Assembly: GCA_021773975.1 (NCBI GenBank) | Contig: JAJFJN010000012.1 | Span: 299-64,298 of the forward strand | Direction of reading: 5' to 3' | Length of the DNA stretch: 64,000 nt | DNA from: Gammaproteobacteria bacterium | GTDB taxonomy: Bacteria; Pseudomonadota; Gammaproteobacteria; Chromatiales; Chromatiaceae | Part shown: positions 20,906 through 30,740 of the stretch, piece by piece | Numbering within the stretch: the stretch's first letter is position 1 | Layout of the letters: each line of letters begins with the position of its first letter | Made by a program: the position numbers and the translations under genes | Notes under the pieces: generated by a model | The model's input: only the letters and a program-made list of their open reading frames with translations | The model's database searches: none | Told to the model about the DNA's origin: nothing

Positions 20906-21823
20906 TTGATCATGCCTTCAGTGAGTGAAAATCGTCCAACGCTAGAAGATGTCAGCAATGCACTGGATGGTTTAAACAATGCCATCATCGACCATACCAA
21001 ATGGGTTGCATCCTGGAGCCGCAGTGCCATCTGCAACACCCCCATGTCCAAAGAGTACATTTCTGGTCACTCCAGTCATGAATGCAAATTTGGTCAATGG
21101 TATTACAGCCCTCATCATGATTTTCTAAGAGAGAACCCCGCGTTTATCGCATTAGAAAAACTACACGATGTAATGCATGACTGCGTACGGAAAATTATCA
21201 GTAAAATATCCACTGGCAAGACCCTCGCATCAAGGGAATATGATAAATTTTTAAGGCATGAGGTTCATTTCGCCACGACATTGGCGAAATTACGAGATGA
21301 GCTACTTGGCCTCTCTCACTCATACGACTACCTCACTGGCACCCTCAACCGCCAAGCTTTTTTTCAACTATTAAGCCAAGAGCATGCCCGCATTAAAAGG
21401 ACAAGTGAGTTTTGCTGCCTCATGCTGGTAGATATTGATCACTTCAAAAAGGTTAATGACAAATATGGGCATAAAGCTGGGGATCTTGTTCTGCGCCACA
21501 TTGCAGATTTCCTCAATAATAATTTACGCCCCTATGATCTTACCTGCCGGTATGGTGGCGAGGAGTTTCTAGTCTGCCTGCCTAATACCACAGCAGGCAT
21601 TGCCCGAACTGCAATTGAGCGGCTTCGAGAGAAAATTAGTCAAACAAACATATCGGTTACTGATGATATTACAATTAACGTGACCGCCTCATTTGGGATC
21701 ACACTATTATCTGCAGATGAAGATTGGAGCATGTCGATTGAACATGCAGATGCAGCCATGTATCAGGCCAAAGCCAGAGGCAGAAATCGAGTCGTTGTTT
21801 GGAAGGAGAAGTTTGAAGAATAA
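20906..21823 (+). CDS. Diguanylate cyclase with an N-terminal CZB (chemoreceptor zinc-binding) domain
   Basis: CZB motif HECKFGQWYY...LHDVMHDC, then a GGDEF domain with an intact RYGGEEF active site. Confidence 0.8.
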   Translation: MIMPSVSENRPTLEDVSNALDGLNNAIIDHTKWVASWSRSAICNTPMSKEYISGHSSHECKFGQWYYSPHHDFLRENPAFIALEKLHDVMHDCVRKIISKISTGKTLASREYDKFLRHEVHFATTLAKLRDELLGLSHSYDYLTGTLNRQAFFQLLSQEHARIKRTSEFCCLMLVDIDHFKKVNDKYGHKAGDLVLRHIADFLNNNLRPYDLTCRYGGEEFLVCLPNTTAGIARTAIERLREKISQTNISVTDDITINVTASFGITLLSADEDWSMSIEHADAAMYQAKARGRNRVVVWKEKFEE

Positions 21824-21824
21824 A

Positions 21825-22370
21825 CTAAGGCTTGTTAGCACAAGCCTCATCAAAAATAGCTTCTAATTTTTGATTAATACCACGCAACTGATCAATCACC
21901 TGTTTGGCCCAATCAAAGTAATCACGCTTTCTTTGTAGACTCCAATCTGGCGGCGGGCAATCTGCAACATCTCTTAGATTACAGATCTTATCAGCAAGCT
22001 TTACCAGCTTAGCCTGATCACTGATATGGGCAGCATGCTCAATCTGCAATCGCTTTCTATCTGCTTTTGGTAGATTAAAATCATCTGTAACCTCCATAAC
22101 AATCTGGCTGATGCGCTTTCCAAACGCCTGCTCTAATTCCTCTTGGGTGGTTTCAGTGTCTTCCACAGTATCATGCAGTAGAGCGCTGCAAATTGTCTCT
22201 ATATCTATTATGTCAGCCTCACAGCTGAGAATTTCAGCAAGCGCAATAGGATGATTAATATAAGGTGAGGCGGCTGGATCTTTACGGCGTTGATCGCGGT
22301 GTTTTTTTGCTGCAAACGCCAGCGCCTTGAAAACTATTGCTAGGTGCTCTTGTTCTACTTTACCAATCAT
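21825..22370 (-). CDS. HD-domain (p)ppGpp hydrolase-only protein (Mesh1/SpoT-hydrolase-like)
   Basis: Motifs AAKKHRDQRRKD...PYINHPIALAEIL...LLHDTVEDT. The internal Met at 22370 removes the 70-nt overlap with the upstream gene. Confidence 0.75.
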   Translation of the reverse strand: MIGKVEQEHLAIVFKALAFAAKKHRDQRRKDPAASPYINHPIALAEILSCEADIIDIETICSALLHDTVEDTETTQEELEQAFGKRISQIVMEVTDDFNLPKADRKRLQIEHAAHISDQAKLVKLADKICNLRDVADCPPPDWSLQRKRDYFDWAKQVIDQLRGINQKLEAIFDEACANKP

Positions 22371-22371
22371 A

Positions 22372-23115
22372 TTAATGAATTGTTTTAGGAATACCGCAAC
22401 ATTTGCTGAACAGTTTCTCACTACCACATGGGCAAGGCTCATCTGGATCTATATATGTAGCTGATGCTTCCTCTTGGTCATCTTGATCCAATTCCAAATA
22501 TGCAAGGTATAGAGCACGCCCCATGCGACCATAACTTGCCATTGCTTCATCAAATATCTCAAGAACACTCTCAGCTAATTGCTCCATTGAGCGCTCTTCT
22601 GTTCGTGCATCTTCCTGATATGCCTCAGCTAACTTTATATCTGCAAAAAAACTTAGCACCATCAAACATGAGTCCAACTCATCTTCCCACTCTTCTTCCT
22701 GCACAACTGCATCCCAAACATCCTCAAGATATGAATGCCCAATCAAAAAACCATTTGCCCATTGATGCAGCGGAGATTCATCTGAAAAATTCTCCATTGG
22801 CGGTGATATAGGAGCACAACTAAGCGGGAGAACAGCATTACCATCAACAATCTGCTGGTTACATTGATTGTAGATAATCATAATTGTTTCAATAATGGTG
22901 TTAGCTTCATCACTATCACGATAATTCGCCTCATCATTGGCAAATATTACGGGCACCCAATCACTTGGCGGTATCATTTCCGGTGAGCTGGCTATTGTAA
23001 ACAAAAAACCTAGCAACTCATTGTAGCTAAATGTGTCTACTGGTCGATCTGTTGACTCTAAAAAAGACCTGAGTCTATCAAAGGCCTCAGGGCTGGTTTT
23101 TTCAGAAAATATCAT
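22372..23115 (-). CDS. YecA/UPF0149-family protein with a C-terminal SEC-C metal-binding motif
   Basis: 247 aa, acidic, with a C-terminal PCPCGSEKLFSKCCG. Confidence 0.75.
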   Translation of the reverse strand: MIFSEKTSPEAFDRLRSFLESTDRPVDTFSYNELLGFLFTIASSPEMIPPSDWVPVIFANDEANYRDSDEANTIIETIMIIYNQCNQQIVDGNAVLPLSCAPISPPMENFSDESPLHQWANGFLIGHSYLEDVWDAVVQEEEWEDELDSCLMVLSFFADIKLAEAYQEDARTEERSMEQLAESVLEIFDEAMASYGRMGRALYLAYLELDQDDQEEASATYIDPDEPCPCGSEKLFSKCCGIPKTIH

Positions 23116-23178
23116 GCATCTCTCTTCAATAACATAGGGGGAATAACTTACAGTGAATGGTTTTGGGTGGTTCTAATA

Positions 23179-23466
23179 CTATTGAGCTTTATCCCATTCT
23201 TGACTTTCAATCTCATTAATTTCTGATGTAAGCAAGCTTAGCTTTTCAACACGAGACTGCTTTTTTATTGCCGCCTCTCTGCAACTTGCAGAACTACGCG
23301 TGTGGCTATTCTCAATATACACCACTCTTTTAGGTGTATGTCCACGAAAGAATTTAGCACCCTGCTTATTAAGATGCTGGGAAAAACGCCTTTGGATATT
23401 ATTGGTAATTCCTGTGTACAGCGAATCATCAGTGCATTGAATGATATAAACAGACCAATTTGTCAT
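23179..23466 (-). CDS. GIY-YIG nuclease-family protein (UPF0213/YhbQ-like)
   Basis: 95 aa with VYIIQCTDDSLYTGITNNIQRRFSQH. Confidence 0.8.
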   Translation of the reverse strand: MTNWSVYIIQCTDDSLYTGITNNIQRRFSQHLNKQGAKFFRGHTPKRVVYIENSHTRSSASCREAAIKKQSRVEKLSLLTSEINEIESQEWDKAQ

Positions 23467-23622
23467 CTTTTATAAATCACCTTATTATCTTAATAGTTAA
23501 TAAGTTACAGCATAGAATATGCTTTTTTAGCCTTGCAAAACATCCACACTTCAGTTGCTCGTCGGCTTTTATGATGACACATTGTAAAAATGAAAAAAGT
23601 CAGTTTATCTGAATAATTTTGA

Positions 23623-24036
23623 TTAAACCATTAGATCATCAAACCAACTTCTTACCTGCTCCACTCGCTCATTTAACTTACACTCCAGATAAGGTTTCAC
23701 GGGTACTGCCCCCCAAATAGGCGCTGGCCATGCTGCATCATCCCGATATCGCACAACGTGGTGGATATGCAATTGAGGAACCATATTCCCAAGTGCTGCA
23801 ATATTGATTTTATCCGCCTCGAATCCAGTAGCGATAATCTCTGCCAACTGGCTAGACTCCCTCATCAGCTGCTGCTGATCTTGGGCTGACAACTGAAAAA
23901 TCTCACCTATCTCATCCCGATCTGGCACCAAAATAAACCAGGGGTAATTGGCATCCTTCATAAGAAGCAGATGACACAGTGGGAAACGCCCAATAACAAC
24001 GCAATCCTGTTTTAATTGAGGATGAATTTCTGCCAT
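23623..24036 (-). CDS. HIT-family (histidine triad) hydrolase
   Basis: 137 aa with the histidine triad PQLHIHHVV. Confidence 0.8.
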   Translation of the reverse strand: MAEIHPQLKQDCVVIGRFPLCHLLLMKDANYPWFILVPDRDEIGEIFQLSAQDQQQLMRESSQLAEIIATGFEADKINIAALGNMVPQLHIHHVVRYRDDAAWPAPIWGAVPVKPYLECKLNERVEQVRSWFDDLMV

Positions 24037-24155
24037 TTTGGATGCCCTGTAGTTTTCTAATATGAAAGGTTCGTTTCAAGGAATTTCCTGGCTATAATCC
24101 CACATCTCATATAATTGGCAACCAGCGATAATATCTGCCCAAATAGCAATTCAAT

Positions 24156-24956
24156 ATGTTTAATCTATTCAGCAACAAACCCTTACTTGATACAGAAACA
24201 ACACAATGGCTATTTGATGCCTATGCCTGGGCACTAGAGAGCTTTGGCAGTGATTTTTTCAATGAAGATACAACCCTAATCACACCGACCAAGGAGCACT
24301 TTCCTACCGAGGTCAACAGTCGTAGCTCAATGGCTAATAGCATTTTTGACCAGATGGTTCGCTATGCTGGCATGCAAAACTGGCCATTGGAACTCATTGA
24401 ACTAACGCCAGAATATGAATCAACCTACCCATCAAGCACCCGCTACAACGGTATTCCTCGGGGAGCAGCAACAGCGCTCTCTCTTGAAGGTGACACACAA
24501 GCATTCCATATTGCCTACTCACCAGACCTAACAAGAGATCCCAGCGTTCTAACCACCGTTATTGCCCGTCAGCTTGCCACCCACTTAGCCAGTGCAAGCA
24601 ACACTCCCGGTCCTGGTGGTGAAGAGCTGCACGGTCACCTTATTGACCTGCTGGCAATATTCATGGGGTTTGGCCTATTTCTAACAAACAATGCTGTCAT
24701 GATCCAACGAGGGTGTTCTGGATGTGGCAAATCAGTGCAAGCAACCGGATTTCTCTCTGAAGATCAGATGATCTATGCACTGGCTATTTTTTGCTGCTTA
24801 AAAAAGATACCAAACAAGGCTATTCTGGCTCACCTAAAAAGCCCACTGCGTCCGGTATTTAAAAAAGCCCTTAAAGAGATTAGTGGTAACAGTAGCAAAA
24901 TAGAGCAGCTTACCCAAATCACCTACTCCATTAAATCAACATCGAGTACGACTTAA
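24156..24956 (+). CDS. Hypothetical protein
   Basis: 266-aa ORF with coding-like composition and one predicted hydrophobic segment. No family recognised. Confidence 0.5.
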   Translation: MFNLFSNKPLLDTETTQWLFDAYAWALESFGSDFFNEDTTLITPTKEHFPTEVNSRSSMANSIFDQMVRYAGMQNWPLELIELTPEYESTYPSSTRYNGIPRGAATALSLEGDTQAFHIAYSPDLTRDPSVLTTVIARQLATHLASASNTPGPGGEELHGHLIDLLAIFMGFGLFLTNNAVMIQRGCSGCGKSVQATGFLSEDQMIYALAIFCCLKKIPNKAILAHLKSPLRPVFKKALKEISGNSSKIEQLTQITYSIKSTSSTT

Positions 24957-24957
24957 C

Positions 24958-25314
24958 ATGCGAAAACATCTTCTATTGATACTGGTTGTTTTTTTTCTTA
25001 CTGCTTGTGGTTTCTCCCCAGACAAAGCAGAGGTTAAAACACTCATCAATCAGGCCTTAAATATTGACTGCCCTAGCAACTTCACCATATTAAAAAGCTA
25101 TAACGCCAGAGCAATGGATGATTATCTGGAAGCTGTTGTTATTGAATTTTCTAAAGAGGAGTTCATATCGCTAACAAACCAAATTAATCTAAGCGAGTGG
25201 GAACAAAACAATAATGAATATACCTATTCAACAACATTAAGTGATCGCTATAGCGCAATGCTCACAGTCAATACTGATAACTACAAACTACGTTATGAGC
25301 GGCTGCACAAATAG
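24958..25314 (+). CDS. Hypothetical lipoprotein
   Basis: 118 aa with a signal peptide and lipobox (FFLTAC). Starts 2 nt after the previous stop. Confidence 0.5.
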   Translation: MRKHLLLILVVFFLTACGFSPDKAEVKTLINQALNIDCPSNFTILKSYNARAMDDYLEAVVIEFSKEEFISLTNQINLSEWEQNNNEYTYSTTLSDRYSAMLTVNTDNYKLRYERLHK

Positions 25315-25389
25315 CTGAACAAGCCATTGTTAATTCTAAAGCACTGCATTTAGCAAAGAACATTGTGACCTCTGATTCCCAACCCAACG

Positions 25390-25973
25390 GTGAACGGACG
25401 ATTGCTGCTGGTGCTAGATGACTTTATCAACCCCAAAACAGGCAAAAAGATTTTTGGGTGCGCCTCATTTTTCGATCATGCCGCCAAAGTCAACCAATCA
25501 AAATACCCTTGGTCTCAGAATGTTGTCTCTATCGGTTTGTTAAAGGTCGCCAAAGGAAAGGCCGCTGGGCATGTTTACCTTTAGCCTTTCGCTTCTATCA
25601 TATGAAAAAAGACATTGATGCTGGGAACGTCAAAATTGATGGCAAAACGTTATCCTTCCAAACTAAGTTCGAGCAGGCCATTGAGATGCTGTGCAACGTA
25701 TCAGAAGCGTTTCGTGCCCCCCCTATATTGGTCGTCACGGACAGTTGGTTTGGAAATGATGGCTTATTCAAACCCATGCGTACTATCGTCGGTCAACATG
25801 GTCATATCCTCTCCAGGTTACGCGTCAATGCTTCACTATTTGATTCACCGCCCATACGGTGTAAAAACCAACGAGGTCGGCAAAAGCTACGGAGAAATTT
25901 GGCGGCAATATGGGGGGTGGGAATCAAATTATGTCACCCATACCCACATAGCTCATCATTGATCCAACATTGA
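25390..25973 (+). mobile_element. Degraded DDE transposase gene (IS4/IS701-like), truncated at both ends and frameshifted
   Basis: Two frames together read ...LLLVLDDFINPKTGKKIFGCASFFDH... and ...PPILVVTDSWFGNDGLFKPM..., the first two acidic motifs of a DDE transposase. A frameshift lies near 25560-25590. No N-terminal region or third catalytic motif is present, and no terminal repeats were found. Confidence 0.6.
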
Positions 25974-26042
25974 AGACCTTTATGCTGAATTATGCACTTC
26001 AGCAGGGTTAACTTATTTTTTTAGGTTGTACTAATACGGTCA

Positions 26043-26116
26043 TTGATTATGCGACACATAGAGGTTAAAAACACGGATATTCACTGCTGAAATAGAATGC
26101 AATGTCGCATAATCAA
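26043..26116. repeat. 14-bp perfect inverted repeat (TTGATTATGCGACA ... TGTCGCATAATCAA) with a 46-bp spacer
   Basis: Read directly: 26043-26056 is the reverse complement of 26103-26116. The right arm supplies the apparent ATG of the truncated sigma54-activator ORF. Confidence 0.7.
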
Positions 26117-26677
26117 CGTACTTATAGTAGCTTATTAATGGAGGGTCTACTCAGTCGACTTCAACTGGTGGCTAATAGTGATGTTAGTGTCTTTATTAGT
26201 GGTGAAAGTAGGACAGGAAAAGAGCTGCTGGCTCACGCTGTTCACCTGGCTAATCCAAGAGTCAACAACCCATTCCTAGCGGTTAACTGTGGTGCTATGC
26301 CGGAACAGTTATTGGAATCTGAGATATTTGGCCATAGTAAAGGGGCATTTACGGGCACCACATCAAATCACCAAGGGCTGTTTGAGGCGACTCATGGAGG
26401 GACTCTGTTTCTGGATGAAATTGGTGATATGTCTTTTAGTTTGCAAGTCAAGCTATTGAGAGTGTTATAGGAACATGAAGTGCGTCCTGTTGGTTCTACC
26501 AAAAGCATCTCTGTGGATATTAGGGTTGTCTCTGCCACTCACCGTAACCTGGAACGGGCAATGGCTGCGCGGGATTTTCGTGAGAATCTGTACTATCGAT
26601 TAAATGTGCTTGCTCTGGAGATACCCTCGTTGAAACATTTACTAGACTGTTCAATGCATTGTTTATTCATTCATTAG
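26102..26677 (+). pseudogene. Sigma54-dependent transcriptional activator remnant (AAA+ core only)
   Basis: The fragment reads VFISGESRTGKELLAHAVH...GAFTG...LFLDEIGDM...LLRVL*EHEVRPVGS...IRVVSATHRNL. There is an in-frame TAG at 26468-26470. The receiver/sensor and DNA-binding domains are missing. The Walker A motif reads GESRTGKE instead of GESGTGKE. Confidence 0.75.
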
Positions 26678-27071
26678 AAATAAATGACAAATTAAAAAAC
26701 ATTTCTCTCAACTTTAATAAGGGGAAATTTTCTTTAGCAATTGGGATTATTTTTAACCTCTCATGCATTTCTAAAACCACCTGTTCTTCTTCTTTTATGC
26801 TGGAGTAAACAGGACTCATTTCATCTATTTTCTTTTCTTTATATCCAAGTTTTAAAATTGCGAGTCCCTTTTCTTTTATCATAATTTTTTCTTCAATTAA
26901 TATTGCCGCCTCTTCTGAAAACTCCTGAATCTCTTCGGTTAATTTAACAGAAAATTTATGTATTCCCCTTGAACGCTTGATGTGTTTTTTGCATTCATCC
27001 CTAAATTGTTGTGATTCAGCTAAAATATTTCTTATTCTATCAGCAGCTGATGATTCGTTTTTAATACCCAT
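26667..27071 (-). CDS. Hypothetical protein (AT-rich, predicted helical)
   Basis: 134-aa ORF rich in Lys/Glu/Ile. No family recognised, and it could be non-coding. Confidence 0.4.
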   Translation of the reverse strand: MGIKNESSAADRIRNILAESQQFRDECKKHIKRSRGIHKFSVKLTEEIQEFSEEAAILIEEKIMIKEKGLAILKLGYKEKKIDEMSPVYSSIKEEEQVVLEMHERLKIIPIAKENFPLLKLREMFFNLSFISNE

Positions 27072-27493
27072 GATTAACCTTTTTCGCTTAATATTGATAA
27101 CAGTTGCTATGCGAACCCATTCGGACCGTATAGTTAAAATAAAACGTTTCTAATATTGATATTTCATTGATTAAAAAACAGATCGTAGTATTCCTGTCTC
27201 ATTATCAAATTGAGCAAATCGGAGTCCAGGTTTGCGGTTTACAATTCACCTCAGTAAACTCAATGAGGTCAGTTTTGGTGCCAACCCTCAGTTGGCTAGG
27301 TCGAGCATATAATCGAACGGTTGCTTTGAGTCGGAGACAACCAACTTCATCTTGATTATAAATCATGCCTTTTGTATGGAAGTGTCATTGGACTGAATTG
27401 GTCTGCGCAGCTGTGCACCTTTCTGGGCTTGAGAAGTTTTGACACTGCCTGTCAAATCAAATCTAAAGTACTGCATTTTTAGTTGGTAGCATT

Positions 27494-28153
27494 CTACTTC
27501 TTATTATTAGCCACCCAAACCGCTGCTTCTAATCTAGATCGTAAATTCAGCTTTTTTAGCAGGTGTTTTACGTGCACTTTCACTGTTCCTTCTGTTATAT
27601 CCAGCTTACGCGCAATAAGTTTATTACTATAGCCATTAGCAATGAGTTTTAATATCTGCTCTTCTCTTTGCGTAAGCCCGGCTTTTGATGGGGTTTTTGG
27701 TGCAGCATCCTCACGTAAGGCATGCGCCATTAACTCAGTTAGCTTATCGCAAATCACAAACTGACCATTTGCTGCAGTTTGCAGTCGTTCCAAAATATCC
27801 TCCGGCTCCATATCTTTAAGAAGATAACCATCTGCGCCCGCGCGCAATGCTGCAACTACATTTTCTTCATTATCCGATACCGTTAACATAATGACACGTG
27901 AATCGACGTCTGTAGCTTTAATTGCTTCAAGCGTCTCAATGCCACCCATGCCTTTCATGTTCATATCAAGCAAAATCAAATCTGGATTAAGCTTTACCGC
28001 TAATTCTAATCCTTCTTGACCCGACGCAGCCTCCCCCACTAGCGTCAATGAATCTACCAATGAAATAAGGTCAGCAACTCCTTTTCTGAACAAAGGGTGG
28101 TCATCAATTGCTATAATAGTATTTGTTTTTTTATCATTCATCATTAGACTCAT
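27494..28153 (-). CDS. narL: NarL/FixJ-family response regulator (REC plus LuxR-type HTH)
   Basis: 219 aa. The receiver carries DLILLDMNMKGMGG. The C-terminus carries LTQREEQILKLIANGYSNKLIARKLDITEGTVKVHVKHLLKKL. It overlaps the kinase gene by 4 nt. Confidence 0.85.
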   Translation of the reverse strand: MSLMMNDKKTNTIIAIDDHPLFRKGVADLISLVDSLTLVGEAASGQEGLELAVKLNPDLILLDMNMKGMGGIETLEAIKATDVDSRVIMLTVSDNEENVVAALRAGADGYLLKDMEPEDILERLQTAANGQFVICDKLTELMAHALREDAAPKTPSKAGLTQREEQILKLIANGYSNKLIARKLDITEGTVKVHVKHLLKKLNLRSRLEAAVWVANNKK

Positions 28154-30147
28154 TTATTTTGTGCATCTTTTACAACTGCGGTATCTACGATAACGTCTTG
28201 TGAGATCACCTGCTTAAAATCTACGATATTCTTAGCATCTGTTGAAAATTCCAACTTTACTCGTGTTCCACCCTTTTCACGTCGTGATAGCTCAATTTCC
28301 CCCCCGAGCCTACCTGCTCGCTCATTTATTATTGCTAAGCCATAATGATTACGGCGCTGTGCTAACTCTGATATTCCAATACCATCATCCTCAATACTAA
28401 TTGTGACTCGGCAACTATTACTATCAAAAAGCAACTTAACTTGAACGTTTTCTGCTTTCGAATGATTAACTGCATTAGACAATACTTCTCTCACCACCTG
28501 CAGGACATGAATCTCTTGATGTGCATTTAACTGACATTCATCTAATTCATTTTCTAAAGTAATATTTATTTCACTTCGTTTTCGCCAATCTTCAACTGTA
28601 TTCTCTACAGATTGAATCAAACCACTGCCTTCCATTTTAATACGAAAGGTTGTTAACAACTCCCGCAGCTGACGGTACGCTGAGCTAATACCTTCTCGCA
28701 TTTCACCTATAATGATTTGAACTTCCTGCTCTGTATCGGGCTTAGCTATAGTCATATCCAGACGTGTTGCTTGAATTTTCAGATATGACAACGACTGTGC
28801 TAACGAATCATGCAATTCACGTGCAATCACACTGCGCTCCTCCAACAATGCTAAGCGCCTGGATTCTGTAACACGTTGGGTCAGATTCAGTGCCATACCG
28901 ACATGACGGGCAACTGTTTCTAACATTTGTGTTTGTCGCTCTTCTACTCCACCACCAGGCAACACCTCCATAAATAACACACCAACCTGTGCATCTTTAT
29001 CTTTAATAGGAGTCGAGACAAGCTCTACCTCATGATCACCCGTCGTTGCCTTAAATATGTGGGTAGCACCATCAGCGTAACATTCATTACAATTAAGGTG
29101 AGAGCAGACATCAGGGATATCATCTACAGCATCCCTGGTAGAGGCCAACACAAGCTGGCTGGTAAGCGCATTTTTCCCTAAACAAATTGCACCCGGTCCA
29201 AATCCAAGTGGCTTCTCAATATCTTTTAATAGGTTTTCATACGTTGCATCTGACAGTGGAGCCTCACTCAAACGCCTAATCGTGTTATACAATAACTCTA
29301 ACGATTGGTTGCTACGCTCTAAATCAATTGTTTTATCTTTTACCCTTGCTTCTAAGTTCGCATACATCTTAGATAGATCTTCAGACATCTCATTAAAAGA
29401 AGCGCCTAACTGGCCTAATTCATCGTTAGCAATGTAATGAGTTCTAACAGAAAAATCCCCCATCCTTGCACTATTAGCACAAACCAATAACCTATCTAAC
29501 GGTGCCAGCACCTTTCGTGCAAGCAAGATAACGCTAAACAGCGCAGCACACAGCGTTAAAGCAAGAGAGACAATCATAGCCAGCTTCAAACTTTGAATCT
29601 TTGCCTCAGAGGTCTCTTCCAGTAGAGTTACAAAATTATCTATATCAAAAACAAAATCATTTATCACTGAGAGATATTCTTGCCTGACATTACTACGCAG
29701 ACCAGGGGAACTATCACCATATAGATTCCTAAGATCTTCCTTATATTTACGAGATTCAGCATAAGCCAAAAATGTGGGTTTAATCTCGCTGTTCCATCTT
29801 TGACTTAAGCGCCAATATGCATCTTGTAACTTATCCTTAGGGTTAACCGGAAGTGCCTCAACCAGCGCAGGATGAGTAAGACGATAATCAAATTCTAACA
29901 GCTCTGCCTCAATAGCCCGTGCAATCGAAGCGTTCTTACTCCTGATATCCTGATCTAGATCAATAACAGAGAGAATACGAAAGGATTGCATGCGTAAAGT
30001 ACCAGCCTGATTAATAGCACCTGCATCTCCACGAATAATCTCAGTTGTAAATACAGAACTCAACATGCCTACAAATGCCAAGGTTGTGATGGCCGCCATA
30101 GCCATACCAAGCCGCCGTAAGGTGGGCTTTTTATACAACCCAATCAT
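28150..30147 (-). CDS. narX: NarX/NarQ-type sensor histidine kinase
   Basis: 665 aa. The periplasmic domain carries a NarX P-box-like AINQAGTLRMQSFRI between two TM helices. It is followed by HAMP, a central Cys-containing GAF-like module (CSHLNCNEC), HisKA_3 (RELHDSLAQSLS) and HATPase domains. Confidence 0.8.
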   Translation of the reverse strand: MIGLYKKPTLRRLGMAMAAITTLAFVGMLSSVFTTEIIRGDAGAINQAGTLRMQSFRILSVIDLDQDIRSKNASIARAIEAELLEFDYRLTHPALVEALPVNPKDKLQDAYWRLSQRWNSEIKPTFLAYAESRKYKEDLRNLYGDSSPGLRSNVRQEYLSVINDFVFDIDNFVTLLEETSEAKIQSLKLAMIVSLALTLCAALFSVILLARKVLAPLDRLLVCANSARMGDFSVRTHYIANDELGQLGASFNEMSEDLSKMYANLEARVKDKTIDLERSNQSLELLYNTIRRLSEAPLSDATYENLLKDIEKPLGFGPGAICLGKNALTSQLVLASTRDAVDDIPDVCSHLNCNECYADGATHIFKATTGDHEVELVSTPIKDKDAQVGVLFMEVLPGGGVEERQTQMLETVARHVGMALNLTQRVTESRRLALLEERSVIARELHDSLAQSLSYLKIQATRLDMTIAKPDTEQEVQIIIGEMREGISSAYRQLRELLTTFRIKMEGSGLIQSVENTVEDWRKRSEINITLENELDECQLNAHQEIHVLQVVREVLSNAVNHSKAENVQVKLLFDSNSCRVTISIEDDGIGISELAQRRNHYGLAIINERAGRLGGEIELSRREKGGTRVKLEFSTDAKNIVDFKQVISQDVIVDTAVVKDAQNK

Positions 30148-30599
30148 TTAGAACACCAAAACCCATAACACTTAATCAACCAAGTCCGTGTATTTAAAAA
30201 AACAAATGTAACCATACAGCCCCCATTTTATTACTGTATAAATGAGAAGTTAATAACTCAATCACCTATAAAATTTAAGACCAAAAAAAGAATATATAAA
30301 AAACAACTCAAGACATATCGCTGTCAATTATTTGTTATTTATCATTTATCCAGCAATGCTCAATTAACTTAGTTAATAGTATTATATAGGCATCATATCT
30401 AACATATTTCTATTCTTTAACTATGACAACTAAAGACCTTACCTTTTCTGCCATAAAAAAATGGTAGAAAAACCTTATATTTGCTCTTAAAAAAGCTATA
30501 CCCCCAAATAACTCATTAGCATATTACACACCATAAACAGCATCAGATTAATAAGAACTTTCACAAGTATTTTCAGTAACTTACAAAACACTACCCAAG

Positions 30600-30615
30600 T
30601 ACCCATAAAGAGGTA
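30600..30615. promoter_or_regulatory. Candidate NarL/NarP 7-2-7 binding site (TACCCAT-AA-AGAGGTA)
   Basis: Both heptamers fit the NarL consensus TACYYMT; the second reads TACCTCT on the other strand. They are inverted with a 2-bp spacer, 126 bp upstream of the operon ATG. A third near-consensus heptamer, TACCCAA, lies at 30592-30598. Confidence 0.5.
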
Positions 30616-30740
30616 TCATTCAACCGAAAAACAGTCCCATTGAAAAAAGCCAGCGTAAATATTCCTTGCCAAAAGGGGGTGTTATTCATATCGTAGCGAC
30701 ACCCAAATTTCAGTGCTCAAAACTGCAAACGGGAGTCTAA

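Noticed and set aside
27220-27340. Cluster of short hairpins (ACCTCA-N10-TGAGGT, GCCAAC-N5-GTTGGC), examined as a possible tRNA or integration-site remnant
   Set aside because: Stem and loop sizes do not fit a cloverleaf, and there is no T-loop consensus.
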